Assembly: GCA_038087875.1 (NCBI GenBank)
Contig: JAXLNO010000172.1
Location: 124,001-181,398 of the forward strand
From: Malacoraja senta
Lineage: Eukaryota
Direction: 5' to 3'
DNA: 57,398 bases
Below are positions 45,931-57,398 of this stretch, in pieces. Within the stretch, counting starts at the first letter, position 1; every line of letters starts with the position of its first letter. Under the pieces are notes generated by a model. That model was given only the letters and a program-made list of their open reading frames with translations, did no database searches and was not told the DNA's origin. Made by a program: the position numbers and the translations under genes.

Positions 45931-47404
45931 CTTTCCCACACCACCCTCCGAGAGCTTCCAAAATACAGACATCACGTTACCTCCCCCACAAGAGGGGAGA
46001 GAACACTCGATCATTGTTATACTACAATTAAGAACGCATATCGCCCTGTTCCCCATGCGGCTCTGGGACTCGCTGATCATTGTTTAGTTCACCTTTTTCC
46101 GACCTACAAGCAGAAACTAAAATCTGCTAAGCCTGTGGTCAGAACAATGAAAAAGTGGACAAGGGAGGGCATTGAAAACCTACAGTCCTGCTTTGACTGC
46201 ACTGATTGGAATGTGTTCAGGGAAGCAACCACAAGCCTCGATGAATATACAGACACTGACATCATATGTGAGCTTTTGTGAGGACAGTTGCATTCCCACT
46301 AGGACCCGGATCAGGTTCAACAATGACAAGCCCTGGTTTACAGCAGAACTCAGGCAGCTCCGCCACTCTAAAGATGAGGCCTACAGGAGCGGGGATGCAG
46401 ACCTCTACAGGCAGGCCAAGTACAAGCTGAGAAGAGGAATCGGAGCTGCCAAGGAAAGATACTCTGAGAAATTGAGCAAGTTCTCAGCTAATGACTCTTC
46501 TTCAATGTGGAAGGGGTTACAATAAATCACCAGCTACAAGAGGAAAAACCCCTGCTCCTTGGACAATCGTCAGCCGACCAACGACCTGAACGAGTTCTAT
46601 TGCAGGTTCGATAGATAGAAACATAACCCTGGTACCCCTCCCTCCCTTCCCCACACATTCCTCCCCAATAACCACTTTACACCTACTTACAGCCTGACTC
46701 CAGTCTGCAAAGACTGGACCCTTGTCCACTACCCACCCCCTCCTTGCTGCCCAACATCAGTCTGGCCACTTCTCCATCACTAGAGGTTGAAAAACTATTC
46801 AGGAGACAGAAGAGGTGGAAATCTCCAGGACAGGACAATGTTTCCCCCTCTACCCTCAAGCTCTGCCGAACAACTGGCACCAGTCTACACAGACATTTTC
46901 AATCGGTCCCTGCAAACCGGTACTGTCCCTGCCTGCTTTAAAGTCTCCACTATTGTTCCCGTATCCAAAAAGCCAAGGATTACTGGTCTTAATGACTGCA
47001 AGCCTGTCGCACTGACCTCTGTAGTCATGAAGACCCTTGAAAGACTTGTGCTAGCCAAGCTGAAAAATATCACTAACCCCCTGCTGGACCCTCTGCAGTT
47101 TGAATAGATCAGTGGATGATGCAGTCAACCTAGGCCTGCACTTCATCCAGCACCTACTGTGGACCACCAGGGGACCTATGCAAGGAATTTGTTTGTGCAT
47201 TTTCGCGCTGCATTCAACACCATTGTGTCAGAGCTACTGCACTCCAAACTCTCCCAGTTGACTGTGCCTGAACCTCTTCTGTCAGAAAATTATCAACTTC
47301 CTGACAGACAGGAAGCAGCATGTGAGGTTGGGAAAGCTCATCTCTGACCCGCAGACCCTCAGCATAGGAGCACCCCAAGGCTGCGTACGTTCCCCTCTTC
47401 TTTA

Positions 47405-48068
47405 AGACCCTGTCCCACTTGGGTGACCTAAACAGCAACCTCTGATGACCTTGTCCGCTGCAAGGTCGCCACGAGGTCACAGGAGGTTTTGGTCACTCGC
47501 CTGGAAAGCCTCGAGCTGCATCTACAGACCACACACACAAACACATCGCAAAGGTGGGGGCCATGGAGAGGGGAGGAGCGCTGTCTGCGCGATGAAGAGG
47601 AAGGTAAACGGCTGCCACAGAGCACGGTAAGTCCTTTAGAGAGCGGGGGGGAGAAGGAGAGAGAAGCAGAGAGAGGGGAGAGAGAAAGGGGAGGGAAGGG
47701 GGGGGGAGGAGTGGCGACAGTTTTAAGAAGTTTAATAAAGTTTAGCGGGCATTTTACCTACCGGTGGGTCTTCTAGGTTGTGAAACTCAAAATGGCCGGT
47801 CAGCGAAGGAGATGGCCTTCGACTGCCTGTAAGTAAATAGCGACCCCATTCTACTGGCTTCGACCAAACGACAACCTATTTTTAGTCGAGGCCGGTTTTG
47901 ATTATGTTGAAACAATCGAAGCAACCTATAAGAAGCCTCGACCACGCGGAAACCACTTTCGCCCATTAGGGAGAGTGACCAAAACCTCCGGCGACCTCAT
48001 GGAAACCTTGGGTCGTGGGCAAGGTCACCAGAGGTTTCCGTTCAGGTTTCCTAAGTGGGACAGGGGCA
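47405..48068. mobile_element. Harbinger-type MITE
   Basis: TIRs ccctgtcccactt / aagtgggacagggg. TTA TSD at 47402-47404 and 48069-48071. The Rex RT reads through once it is removed. Confidence 0.88.
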
Positions 48069-48795
48069 TTACTCTCTACACCAACGAGTGCACCTCCACT
48101 GACTTCTCTGTCAAGCTTCTCAAGTTTGCGGATGGCACAACCCTGATTGGACTGATCCAGGATGGGGAGTAATCTGCCTACAGACAGGAAGTGGCACAGC
48201 TGGCATCCTGGTACCATCGCAACAACCTGGAGCTCAATGCTCTTAAGACCATCATCTCCAGGGACCTTAAATGGGAGGCCACCATCGACCCCACAGTCAA
48301 ATAGGCCCAACAGGGGATGTACTTCCTGCGGCAGCTGAGAAAACACAATCTGCCATGGGCAATGATGGTCCAGTTTTATACTGCTATCATAGAGTCTATC
48401 CTCACCTCCATCATGGTCTGGTTTGGCTTAGCCACCAAGCATGACATCCGGAGGCTGCAGCGCATCATTCGATCAACCGAGAAGGTTGTTGGCTGTAACC
48501 TTCCCCCCATCAACGAACTGTACACTGCAAGGGCCAGGAAGAGAGCGGGTAAGATCATCTCTGACACCTCTCACCCTGGCAACAATATCTTTGAAGCAAT
48601 TCCCTCTGGAAGGCGACTCTGGACTGCCAAAGCCGTGGGGGTTCGTTCGCGTGCTTTTAGCCAGTTATTCAGCGCTCCTCCCAGAGACAGGAGCTGTGTT
48701 TGTTAGCTAAGTCAGGCACGCGGTTTTCACGAGTTTTAGTTCCGTTTTTCTGTGAATAAAAATGACTTTACTCAACCTGCCTGGTCTAGCTTCAG

Positions 48796-48809
48796 TGGTG
48801 ACTCCGACG
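48796..48809 (+). promoter_or_regulatory. Primer-binding site complementary to tRNA-Trp
   Basis: tggtgactccgacg, 1 nt after the LTR end (..ttCA), versus the tRNA-Trp PBS TGGTGACCCCGACG recalled from memory (13/14). Confidence 0.85.
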
Positions 48810-49479
48810 ATCCGAACGTTTTTCGGATTTCAGCATGAACGCCGCCGAATACCTCGACGCCAACCCCGCCCCGCAAAAAGCGGTTTCCCTCAAACTGCCC
48901 GTTTTCTGGGCGGTTTAGCCATAGGTGTGGTTCGCGCACGTTGAGGCCCAGTTCGAGCTCCGCCGGAATCCGCCCGCCATTCATAAGTACGAGGGTCTCA
49001 AGGCACTGCTGCTACGCACCTTCGGGCTCAGCCGCCGCGATCGCGCGGCTCGAATCTTGCACATGGACGGCCTCGGCGATCGTAAACCGTCGGTATTAAT
49101 GAGCGAGATGCTGGCGCTCATGGACAGCCTTGCCGTTTGTTCGAGCAGGCTTTCCTGGAAAAGATGCCCGACGACCCACCTGTTCCTCGCCGGGTCCGAC
49201 CGCAGATCCCCTGCAGCTCACTGAACGGGCGGACGAGCTGTGGCGCACCAAGCAGCGGGAGGGTGGTCCAGTCCGCCGGGTGTCCGCGCCTCCGCAGCAG
49301 CCTCAACGGTCTGTTCCTCACTCGGCCGCAGCCGACCGCCGTGAATCGCAGTAAGCGCCAGTGGTGTTATTACCACCAACGCTAGGGTGTGGCGGCCCGC
49401 CGATGCTGCGCCCCCTGCTCGTTTCCGGGAAATGCCTCGGCCGATCGCGGTCGGCCAGAAACATCTCCTCTACGTCCGG

Positions 49480-49576
49480 AGGTACACAAAAATGCTGGAG
49501 AAACTCAGCGGGTGCAGCAGCATCTATGGAGCGAAGGAAATAGGCAAAGTTTCGGGCCGAAACCCTTCTTCTACTA
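49480..49576 (-). mobile_element. 97-bp Penelope-terminus unit inserted in the Gypsy, 12-bp TSD
   Basis: ctctacgtccgg at 49468-49479 and 49577-49588. The reverse strand reads gaagaagggtttcggcccgaaac..agatgctgc..ctccagcatttttgtgta. Confidence 0.88.
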
Positions 49577-52500
49577 CTCTACGTCCGGGACCGCCATTCC
49601 GGGCTCCGATTTCTCGTGGACACTGGGGTTGAGCTCAGCACTTTACCTCCGACCGGGGTCGATACTCGTGCTGGTAGGCGTGGTCCCGCCCTGACCACAG
49701 TCAATGGCAGCCCCATTCGCACATACAGTACTCGAGCCATTTCCCTCGTCTTGGAATCTCGACGTTACTCGTGGTCGTTCACGATAGCGGATGTTTCCCA
49801 GCCGCTGCTGGGTGCCGATTTTTTACGGGGCTTTTCCCTCCTGGTTGACGTCCGGGGCCAGCGCCTCGTTCCTCCGGAGTCCCTCCAGCCTGCATCACCG
49901 CCACCCGCGGTTGCCTCCGGCCCGCATCTCGGATCGGTGTCGGATGCGGGTGGGGCATACTGGTCGGGTTCCCGGAGATCCTGACCCCTCAGTTTCACTC
50001 GGCCGCCCCTAAGCATGGGATTGTCCATCACATCCTTACTACCGGCTCTCTGCTTCACGCACGGGTGCGCCGGCTCCCGCCCAACAAGTTGCTTTTGGCT
50101 AAGGAGGAGTTTCAGCGGATGGAGGATATGGGTATTGTGCGGCACTCCGACAGCCCATGGGCTTCCCCACTCCATATGGTTCCCAAGTCGTCCGGCGGGT
50201 GGAGGCCGTGTAGGGACTACCGCCGCCTTAACACCGTCACGACCGCTGACCGCTACCCAGTCCCACACATCCAGGATTTCACGGCCCATTTGATGGGGCT
50301 ACCATTTTCTCCAAGGTGGATCTGGTGCGCGGATACCACCAGATTCCCGTCCACCCTGATGATGTGCCCAAGACCGCCATCATCACCCCGCGCCGGGCAG
50401 GCTTTTCAGTGGCTTATGGACATGGTTGGCTGGGGGTTGGACTTTGTTTTTGTTTATCTGGTCGACATTCTGGATGCCAGCCGCTCCCGGCAGGAACACT
50501 GTGCACACCTCCGGGTGCTGTTCCAGCGGGTCCGGGACCACGGGCTTGTTATTAACGCCACCAAGTGCCAGTTTGATCTCAGCTCCATTTCTTTCCTTGG
50601 ACACCACATTACCCCGCAGGGCGCTACGCCTCTCCACGGCAAGGTGGAGGCAATTCGGCAGTTTCCTCGGCCGCTCACCATTAAAGGGCTACAGGAGCTC
50701 GTGGGGATGATAAACTTTTACCATCGTTTTGTGCCAGCTGCGGCTCGGGTCATGTGGCCATTGTTCCAGTGCCTGGCCTGCTAGCCGCGAGACCTGGTGT
50801 GGGATGCCGAGGCTGCGGCCGCTTTCCACGGTGCCAAGGAGGCGCTGGCCTCCATGCTCGTGTACCGGCGGGCTGCTGCTCCGACCGCCCTCACTGTCGA
50901 CGCTTCGGATACTGCTGTCGGAGGGGGGTCCTCGAGCAGTTTATTGACGGTCGCTGGCAACCGCTTGCCTTTTTCAGCCGGCACCTGCGCCCTCCTGAGC
51001 GGAACTACAGTGCGTTCGACCGTGAGCTCCTAACTCTTTATTTGGCTGTCCGGTATTTCCTGGAGGGCCGGCCCTTCACGTCGTTTACCGATCACTAGCC
51101 TCTAACTTTTGCTTTCACGAAGGTGTCCGACCCCTGGTTTGCTCGCCAACAGCGGCACCTGACATTTGGTCCCGAGTATACCACCGATGTCCAGCACGTG
51201 GCGGGCAAACTTAATCAGGTCGCTGATGCCTTATCTCATCCTGCGGTCCATGCCGTGCTGTCCGTGGCTCCGGGCATTGACTGTTCTGGGCTGGCTGCTG
51301 CACAATGAAATGGGGATGAGATGATGGCTTATCGCACTGTTGTGTCGGGGTTGGTGCTGGCTGATGTCCCGCTCGAACCAGTGGATCTCACGGTCCTGTG
51401 TGATGTCTCCACCGGGCAGCCACGGTCCATCGTCCCTGCGGGCTGCAGCAGCGTGTGTTCGACTCCATTCATGGGCTGGCCCACCTTTCCATCCGGGCGA
51501 CCACTGCGTTGGTGGCGGCCAAGTTCGTCTGCCAGGGTCTCCGCAAGCAGGTTGGGGCCAGGGCCTGCATTCCCTGCCAGACGCCCAAGATCCAGCGGCA
51601 TGTAAGTGCGCCACTCCAGGATTTTGTTGTTCCTCAACACCGGTTCAAGCACATTCATGTAGACCTGGTGGGCCCTCTACCAACGTCCCGGGGTGCCACC
51701 CACCTGCTCACGATTGTGGACCGTTTCACGAGGTGGCCCGAGGCCATTCCGTTGCCTAATACCTCCACCGCAACTTGTGCTGGGGCTCTAGCGGCCCACT
51801 GGGTGGCACGTTTTGGTGTTCCTGCTGACATCTCTACAGACCGTGGTGCTCAATTCACCTCTGCCATGTTGTCGGCCATGGCTCAGCTGTACGGCGCTCA
51901 GCTGCATCACACGACTGTGTACTATCCTCAGTCCAACAGTTTGGTTGAGCGGTTTCACTGGCATCTGAAGTCGGCGTTGAAGGGGCGGCTCACGGGCCCG
52001 GATTGGGTGGACAAGTTGCCATGGGTGTTGCTGGGGATCCTCACGGCCCCCAAGGCGGATTTGGACACGTCTTCTGCGGAACTGGTGTACGGCTCCCTGC
52101 AGCGGGTGCCTGGTGATTTCCTTCCTGCGCTCAAGGACTGCCTTTTTGTTTTCGTCCACAGGGACTCACACCGGACTCCGCTGCAACGGCCTTATGAGGG
52201 TCCTTTCCGGGTGTTGCGGCCCGGCGTCGCAACTTTTGTTTTGGATGTCGGGGGTCGTGAGGAGATCGTTTCGGTGGCCCGCCTCAAGCCCACCCATCTG
52301 GATGTCGGTAGCCCGATGGTGATGGCCCAACCCCGCCGTTGAGGTCGTCCGCTTGCCGACCCACTTTCGCCGGTTGCACCTGTTGTGCCTGTTCCACCTA
52401 TTGTGACTGTTCTGCCTGTTGTACCTGTTCCGCTCGTTGTGCTTGTTGCACCTGTTATGCCAGTTCCCCCTGTCTCCACTTGGTCTGGCCGCCTGATTCG

Positions 52501-52975
52501 GACTCCCGCCCGTTTCCTTTCCTCTGGTTCTGGGTGGGGGGTCCTATAGCGGCACCTAGTGGTGGGGTGGGGAAGTCAGAGCCCTCGTCATTGGTCAGCA
52601 CGGTCACGTGACCACGGGAGTTCGTTCGCGGGCTTTTAGCCAGTTGTTCAGCGCTCCTCCCAGCGACAGGAGCTGTGTTTGTTAGCTAAGTCAGGCACCG
52701 GGTTTTCACGAGTTTTAGTTCCACTTTTTCTGTGAATAAAAATTACTTTACTCAACCTACCTTGTCTCGCTTCACCGCCACAGCCGGACATAAAACAGCT
52801 TTTTTCCATGAGCAGTAGCTGTACTCAACAGTCAAAAGTCTGTAGCCTCTCTGTGCTCTGGTATTTTATTTCATTCTTCACATGTTTAAATTATAATGTT
52901 TTATTTTTAATTGTCTACTGTATATCGTGTTGTTACTTGCGAGCAAAGCATCAAGGCAAATTCCTTATATGTATA

Positions 52976-55026
52976 GCTGAAACAGATTGGTCGCCGACTT
53001 GAACGACTCCTAAATCACCTCTCACAGTCCACCATGAAGCTTACAAACTCCACCTCACTGCCTATAAAGATGCCCTCATAGCTGCTAAATCTGCATACCT
53101 CTCCTCCATATTCACTGACCCCTGCCTAAACCACAGAACCCTCTTCTCCACAGTCTGCAACCTCCTCAAGCCTCGAGCCAACACTCTCCCTACCTCCACT
53201 CCGGATCTCTGCAACTCATTCCTCCACTTTTTTGCTGACAAAATCAGCACCATCTATCAATCCCTATCCCCTGTACCCGACTCCACCACCTACCAAAGCC
53301 CCTCCTTTCAACATCTCCGCTGATCTCCATACCCCTCCCCCTCACTGCTTCCTCTCCCAGTTTGACCCGGTCACCCCTACTGAAATCTCCAAACTCATCA
53401 GCTCTTCCAAACCCACTACCTGCTCCCTTGACCCTCTCCCCACTCCTGCTGAAGTCCTGCCTCCCTGCTCTCTGCCCCTACCTCACTAATCTTTTCAACT
53501 CCTCATTGTCCCCTCTGCTTTCAAAACTGCTGCTGTCACACCAATCTTAAAGAAACCTGGTCTTGATCCCTCCTCTCTCATTAACTACGGCCCTATCTCA
53601 AACCTCCCCTTTCTTTCAAAAACCCTGGAGCGTATCGTCGCGTCGCAACTTCATTCCCACCTCCTCGCGTATAACCTATTCGAACCCCTCCAATCTGGCT
53701 TTCGCCCCCTCCATAGCACAGAAACTGCTCTCCTCAAAGTCCTCAATGACCTCCTTACCTCTGCTGGCTCCCTCAATATCCTCATCCTCCTCGACCTGAG
53801 TGCAGCCTTCGATACCGTCAACCATAACATCCTGCTCACCAGATTAGGGACCTTGGCATTGAAGGTTCTGCACTCAGCTGGCTCCGTTCCTACCTTTCCA
53901 ACCGATCCCACTTCATCTCTCTCCATAACCACACCTCTGCCACAGCCACTGTCACTCAAGGCGTTCCCCAAGGCTCCGTTCTTGGTCCCCTCCTCTTCAT
54001 CATCTACATCCTCCCCCTTGGTCATATACTCCGTCACTTCAACCTGGACTTCCACTGCTATGCTGATGACACCCAGATCTATCTCAGCACCAAGTCCCCC
54101 CACCACCCCCCTCTCTCCCATATCAACTCCTGCCTATCAGCCATCAAATCTTGGATGCAACTCAACTTCCTTAAATTAAACAGTAGCAAAACAGAATTTC
54201 TCCTCATTGGCTCCAAATCGACACTCACTAAAATTAACAACCCCACTCTCACTACTGACGGCACCATTGTCTCCCCATCTCCTCAGGCACGCAACCTTGG
54301 CGTGATCTTTGACTTAACCCTCTCCCTTGAGCCTCACATCCGCCATGTTGTCAAAACATCATTTTTTCACCTCCGCAACATTGCCAAAATCAGATCCTCT
54401 CTCACACCCCCCGCTGCTGAAAGACTCATCCATGCCTTCATCTCCTCCCGACTGGACTACTGTAACTCTCTTCTCTTTGGAATCAATTCCAGCAGCATCA
54501 ACCGACTTCAACTGGTCCAGAATGCAGCCGCTCGACTCATTACCCACACCAAATCCTGGCACCACATCACCCCAGTTCTCAAAGAACTTCACTGGCTTCC
54601 CATTTCCCACTGGATCACCTACAAAATCCTGGTCCTCACCTACAAAGCCCTCAACAACTTGCCCCCCCCTTATCTCACTGACCTCCTCTCCCCCTACCAA
54701 CCCTCACGGTCCCTCAGATCCACATCAGCTGGTCTCTCCACTCCGAAATCAAACCTCTGCACTTTTGGAGGCAGAGCCTTCTCCGGGGCAGCTCCCAGGC
54801 TCTGGAATTCCCTCCCACAACTGGTCCAAAATTCCGAGTCCCTCACCATCTTCCAGTCCCGCCTCAAGACCCATCTCTTCACCTCTGCATACCTTTAGTC
54901 CCATGTTCCCCTCCCCTTTGCATCTCTGTCTTACTGCTCTATTTTGTTTTGTTTATTCTTGACTCTCAATGTAAAGCAACTTTGAGTCCTGAAAAGCGCT
55001 ATATAAATAAAATCTATTATTATTAT
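52976..55026 (+). mobile_element. L2 LINE, 5'-truncated
   Basis: [73 protein letters not shown]. Tail aaagcgctatataaataaa(tat)n. Confidence 0.93.
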
Positions 55027-55145
55027 ATTTGGCTTATAAAATGTATTCAATTCAATTCAATTCAATACCAACTTCTAGCCTCACATGTGGCTGTCCTGTA
55101 CAAGATCCCACCCCCCTCCCTTGTTTCCCTTTCCCCTGACTTGGT

Positions 55146-55173
55146 CTGAAGAAGGGTCTCGACCCGAAACATC
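55146..55173 (+). ncRNA. Minimal hammerhead ribozyme motif (best-preserved copy)
   Basis: CTGAAGA-a-GGGT-ctcg-ACCC-GAAAC-ATC: CUGANGA core, stem II, GAAA, and an NUH triplet. Activity is not shown. Confidence 0.65.
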
Positions 55174-55215
55174 ACGTATTCCTTTTCTCCAGAGATGCTG
55201 CCTGACCCGCTGAGT

Positions 55216-56192
55216 AGTAGAGTCATAGAGTGATACAGGGTGGAAACAGGCCCTTCAGCCCAATTTGCCCACACATGTCCCAGCTACACTAGTCCCACCT
55301 GTCCGCATTTGGTGTATATCCTTTCAAACCTGTCCTATCCATGTACCTGTCTGTTTCTTAAACATTGGGATAGTTCTTGCCTCAATTACCTCCTGGCAGT
55401 TTGTCCCATACACCCACCACCCTTTGTGTGGAAAAAGTTACCCCTCAGAATCCTATTCAATCTTTTTCCCTTTGCCTTAAACCTACGTCCTCTGGTCCCC
55501 GATTCACCTACTCTGGGCAAGAGACTGTGCATCTACCCAATCTATTCATCTCATGATTTTATACACTTCTATAAGATCACCCCTCATCCTCTTGTGCTCC
55601 AAGGAATAGAGTGCCACCCTACTCAACCTCTCCCTATAGCTCAGTCCTTCCAGTCCAGGCAACATCCTCGTAAAACTTTGTACCTTTTCCAGCTTGACAA
55701 TATCTGTCATGTAACATGGTGCCCAGAACTCTAAATGCGGCCTCATCAACGTTTTGTACAACTGCAACATGATCTCCCAACTTCTATACTCAAGCCTTTT
55801 TAACTACCTGCGACTCCACCTTCAAGGAACCATGCACCTGCACTCCCAGATCCCTCTGTTCTACAATACTCCCCAGAGCCTTACCATTCACTTTGTAGGG
55901 GCTACCCATGTTAGACTTCCCAAAATCCAACACCTCACATTTCTCTGTATTAAAGTCCATCAACCATTCCTCAGATCACCTGGCCAATCGATCAAGATCC
56001 TGCTGCAATTATTCACAACCATCTTCACTATCTGCAAAACCACCCACTTTTGTATCATCTGCAAACTTGCTAATCTTGCCCTGTATGTTCTTATCCAAAT
56101 CATTGATATAGATGACAAACAGTATTGGGCCCAGCACCGAACCCTGAGGCACACCACTATTCACAGGCCTCCAGTCTGAGAAGCAACCTTCC
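55216..56192 (-). mobile_element. CR1 3' fragment
   Basis: [55 protein letters not shown]1 tail at 55216-55265. Confidence 0.92.
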
Positions 56193-56395
56193 AAGCTGGA
56201 GTTACTCCAGCTTTTTGTGTCTAACACCTGTTATCAACATTGATTTTGAAGCCTGAATGCCCTCATGTGTTGTGAACTTTCCATGAATCATCCCCAAAGT
56301 GATAGCAACCCTTCAATACTACAGTGTATGATTAAGGTACTTACAGTGTGCTATTTGATTAAATATTTAAGGTTTTCTCCCAGCAACAATAAAGG

Positions 56396-56879
56396 TGTGT
56401 AGGAAGGAACTGCAGATGCTGGTTTACATTGAAGATAGACATAAAATGCTGGAGTGACTCAGTGGGACAGGCAGCATCTCTGGATAGAAGGAATGGGTGA
56501 CATTTCGGGTCGAGTCCCTTTTTCAGAGTGAGAGTCGGGGAGAGGTAGACACCGAGATAAAGAAGGGTAAGGTGAGAATATGTGACATCAAGGGGGATGA
56601 GATCAAGGAAAATATAGCATAGATCATTGTTAGCTAGTGTAAGGTGACGACAAAGCATACAAAGATAAAGATTTAATCAAGCGGACAGTCAGACTGGTCG
56701 GAGAGCTAGGATGGGGGAGGAATGGAGAGAGAGGCAGAGTTACTTGAAGTTAGAGAAGTCGATATTTATTCCGCTGGGTTGTAAGCTGCCCGAGCGAAAT
56801 ATGAGTCTGAAGAAGGGTCTCGACCCAAAACGTTACCCATTCCTTCTATCCAGAGATGCTGCCTGTCCCACTTTTACTC
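56396..56879. mobile_element. Penelope terminal insertion with inverted arms and 12-bp TSD
   Basis: Minus-strand terminus 56396-56803, then a plus-strand unit 56804-56879. caacaataaagg at 56384-56395 and 56880-56891. Confidence 0.88.
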
Positions 56880-56896
56880 CAACAATAAAGGAGTGT

Positions 56897-57376
56897 TGTA
56901 AATTTACGAGAATGTTGCCTGGGTTTCAGCAACTAAATTACAGAGAAAGGCTGAACAAGTTAGGTCTTTATTCTTTGGAGTGCAGAAGGTTAAGGGGGGG
57001 ACTTGATAGAGGTCTTTAAAATGATGAGAGGGATAGACAGAGTTGACGTGGATAAGCTTTTCCCATTGAGAGTAGGGGAGATTCAAACAAGAGGACATGA
57101 CGAGAATTAAGGGACAGAAGTTTAGGGGTAACATTAGGGGAACTTCTTTACTCAGAGAGTGGTAGCTGTGTGGAATGAGCTTCCAGTGGAAGTGGTGGAG
57201 GCAGGTTCGATTTTATCATTTAAACATAGATTGGATGGGTATATGGACGAGAAAGGAATGGAGGGTTATGGTCTGAGTGCAGGTAGATGGGACTAGGGGA
57301 GAAAAAGTGTTCGGCATGGACTTGAAGGGCCGAGATGGCCTGTTTCCATGCTGTAATTGTTATATGGTTATATGGT
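56897..57376 (+). mobile_element. CR1 3' fragment
   Basis: FTRMLPGF..YRERLNKLGLYSLE; FFTQRVVAVWNELP; tail ggcctgtttccatgctgta(tatggtta)n. Confidence 0.92.
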
Positions 57377-57398
57377 TAAAGTACAATGATGTGTGATC

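Larger units (their letters stand above)
48635..52774 (+). mobile_element. Ty3/Gypsy LTR retrotransposon, CsRn1/Kabuki-type, decayed
   Basis: 5' LTR (truncated) 48635-48794, primer-binding site (PBS) 48796-48809, gag (WFAHVEAQF; CYYH-x9-C-x3-C), protease LVDTG, RT (SPWASPLHMVPK, DYRRLN, YLVDIL), RNase H ([17 protein letters not shown]), integrase (H..H..C..C, HVDLVGPLP, TDRG, GPF). Polypurine tract ~52531-52541, 3' LTR 52545-52774. Confidence 0.95.
45960..55066 (+). mobile_element. Rex1/Babar LINE (pieces 45960-48634, 52775-52975, 55027-55066) hosting three insertions
   Basis: [57 protein letters not shown]. The sequence resumes after the Gypsy, and the (ttcaa)n tail follows the L2. Confidence 0.85.
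55110..56223 (+). mobile_element. Penelope terminal fragment (55110-55215 plus 56195-56223) split by a CR1
   Basis: ..cctgacccgctgagt | CR1 | gagttactccagctttttgtgtcta reconstitutes the unit seen at 3958-4047. Confidence 0.8.

Noticed and set aside
51455..52342. 295-aa integrase ORF as a functional or domesticated integrase
   Set aside because: It sits in its normal place inside an LTR element whose gag, RT and RNase H contain stops and frameshifts.
52339..52480. Cys-rich ORF (CTCCACSTYCDC..) resembling a metallothionein
   Set aside because: Alternative frame of a low-complexity 9-nt-period (cctgttg..) repeat at the Gypsy integrase tail.
1..57398. CRISPR arrays, operons or prokaryotic defence systems
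   Set aside because: No regularly spaced repeat-spacer array. The sequence is spliced, TE-rich vertebrate DNA.

Overview
Vertebrate genomic DNA, most likely from a cartilaginous fish (inferred from HE1-type SINEs and the repeat spectrum). The only host gene is the 3' half of DPYSL5 (CRMP5) on the + strand. Five GT-AG coding exons at 4347-20426 splice in frame to ...DTINVVASDHRPF...PPGGHSNGIW*, followed by a long AT-rich, repeat-poor stretch that probably includes the 3'UTR. The introns hold Penelope-like, CR1, Rex1/Babar, Tx1, Tc1, Harbinger-MITE and SINE insertions. From ~30.8 kb to the end the window is almost entirely nested, decayed transposons whose order can be read from target-site duplications (TSDs). 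A full-length L1 sits in a BEL/Pao element and itself carries a second L1. A Rex1 LINE carries a MITE, a CsRn1-type Gypsy element and an L2. I see no novel protein-coding system. The most interesting signals are RNA-level or mechanistic: minimal hammerhead-ribozyme motifs in Penelope termini, including TSD-flanked ~95-bp units that begin at the ribozyme; a covarying 3' stem-loop shared by unrelated elements; a templated internal duplication in L1 ORF2; and a Tc1 element resembling teleost elements. Family names come from motif recognition, not database searches.
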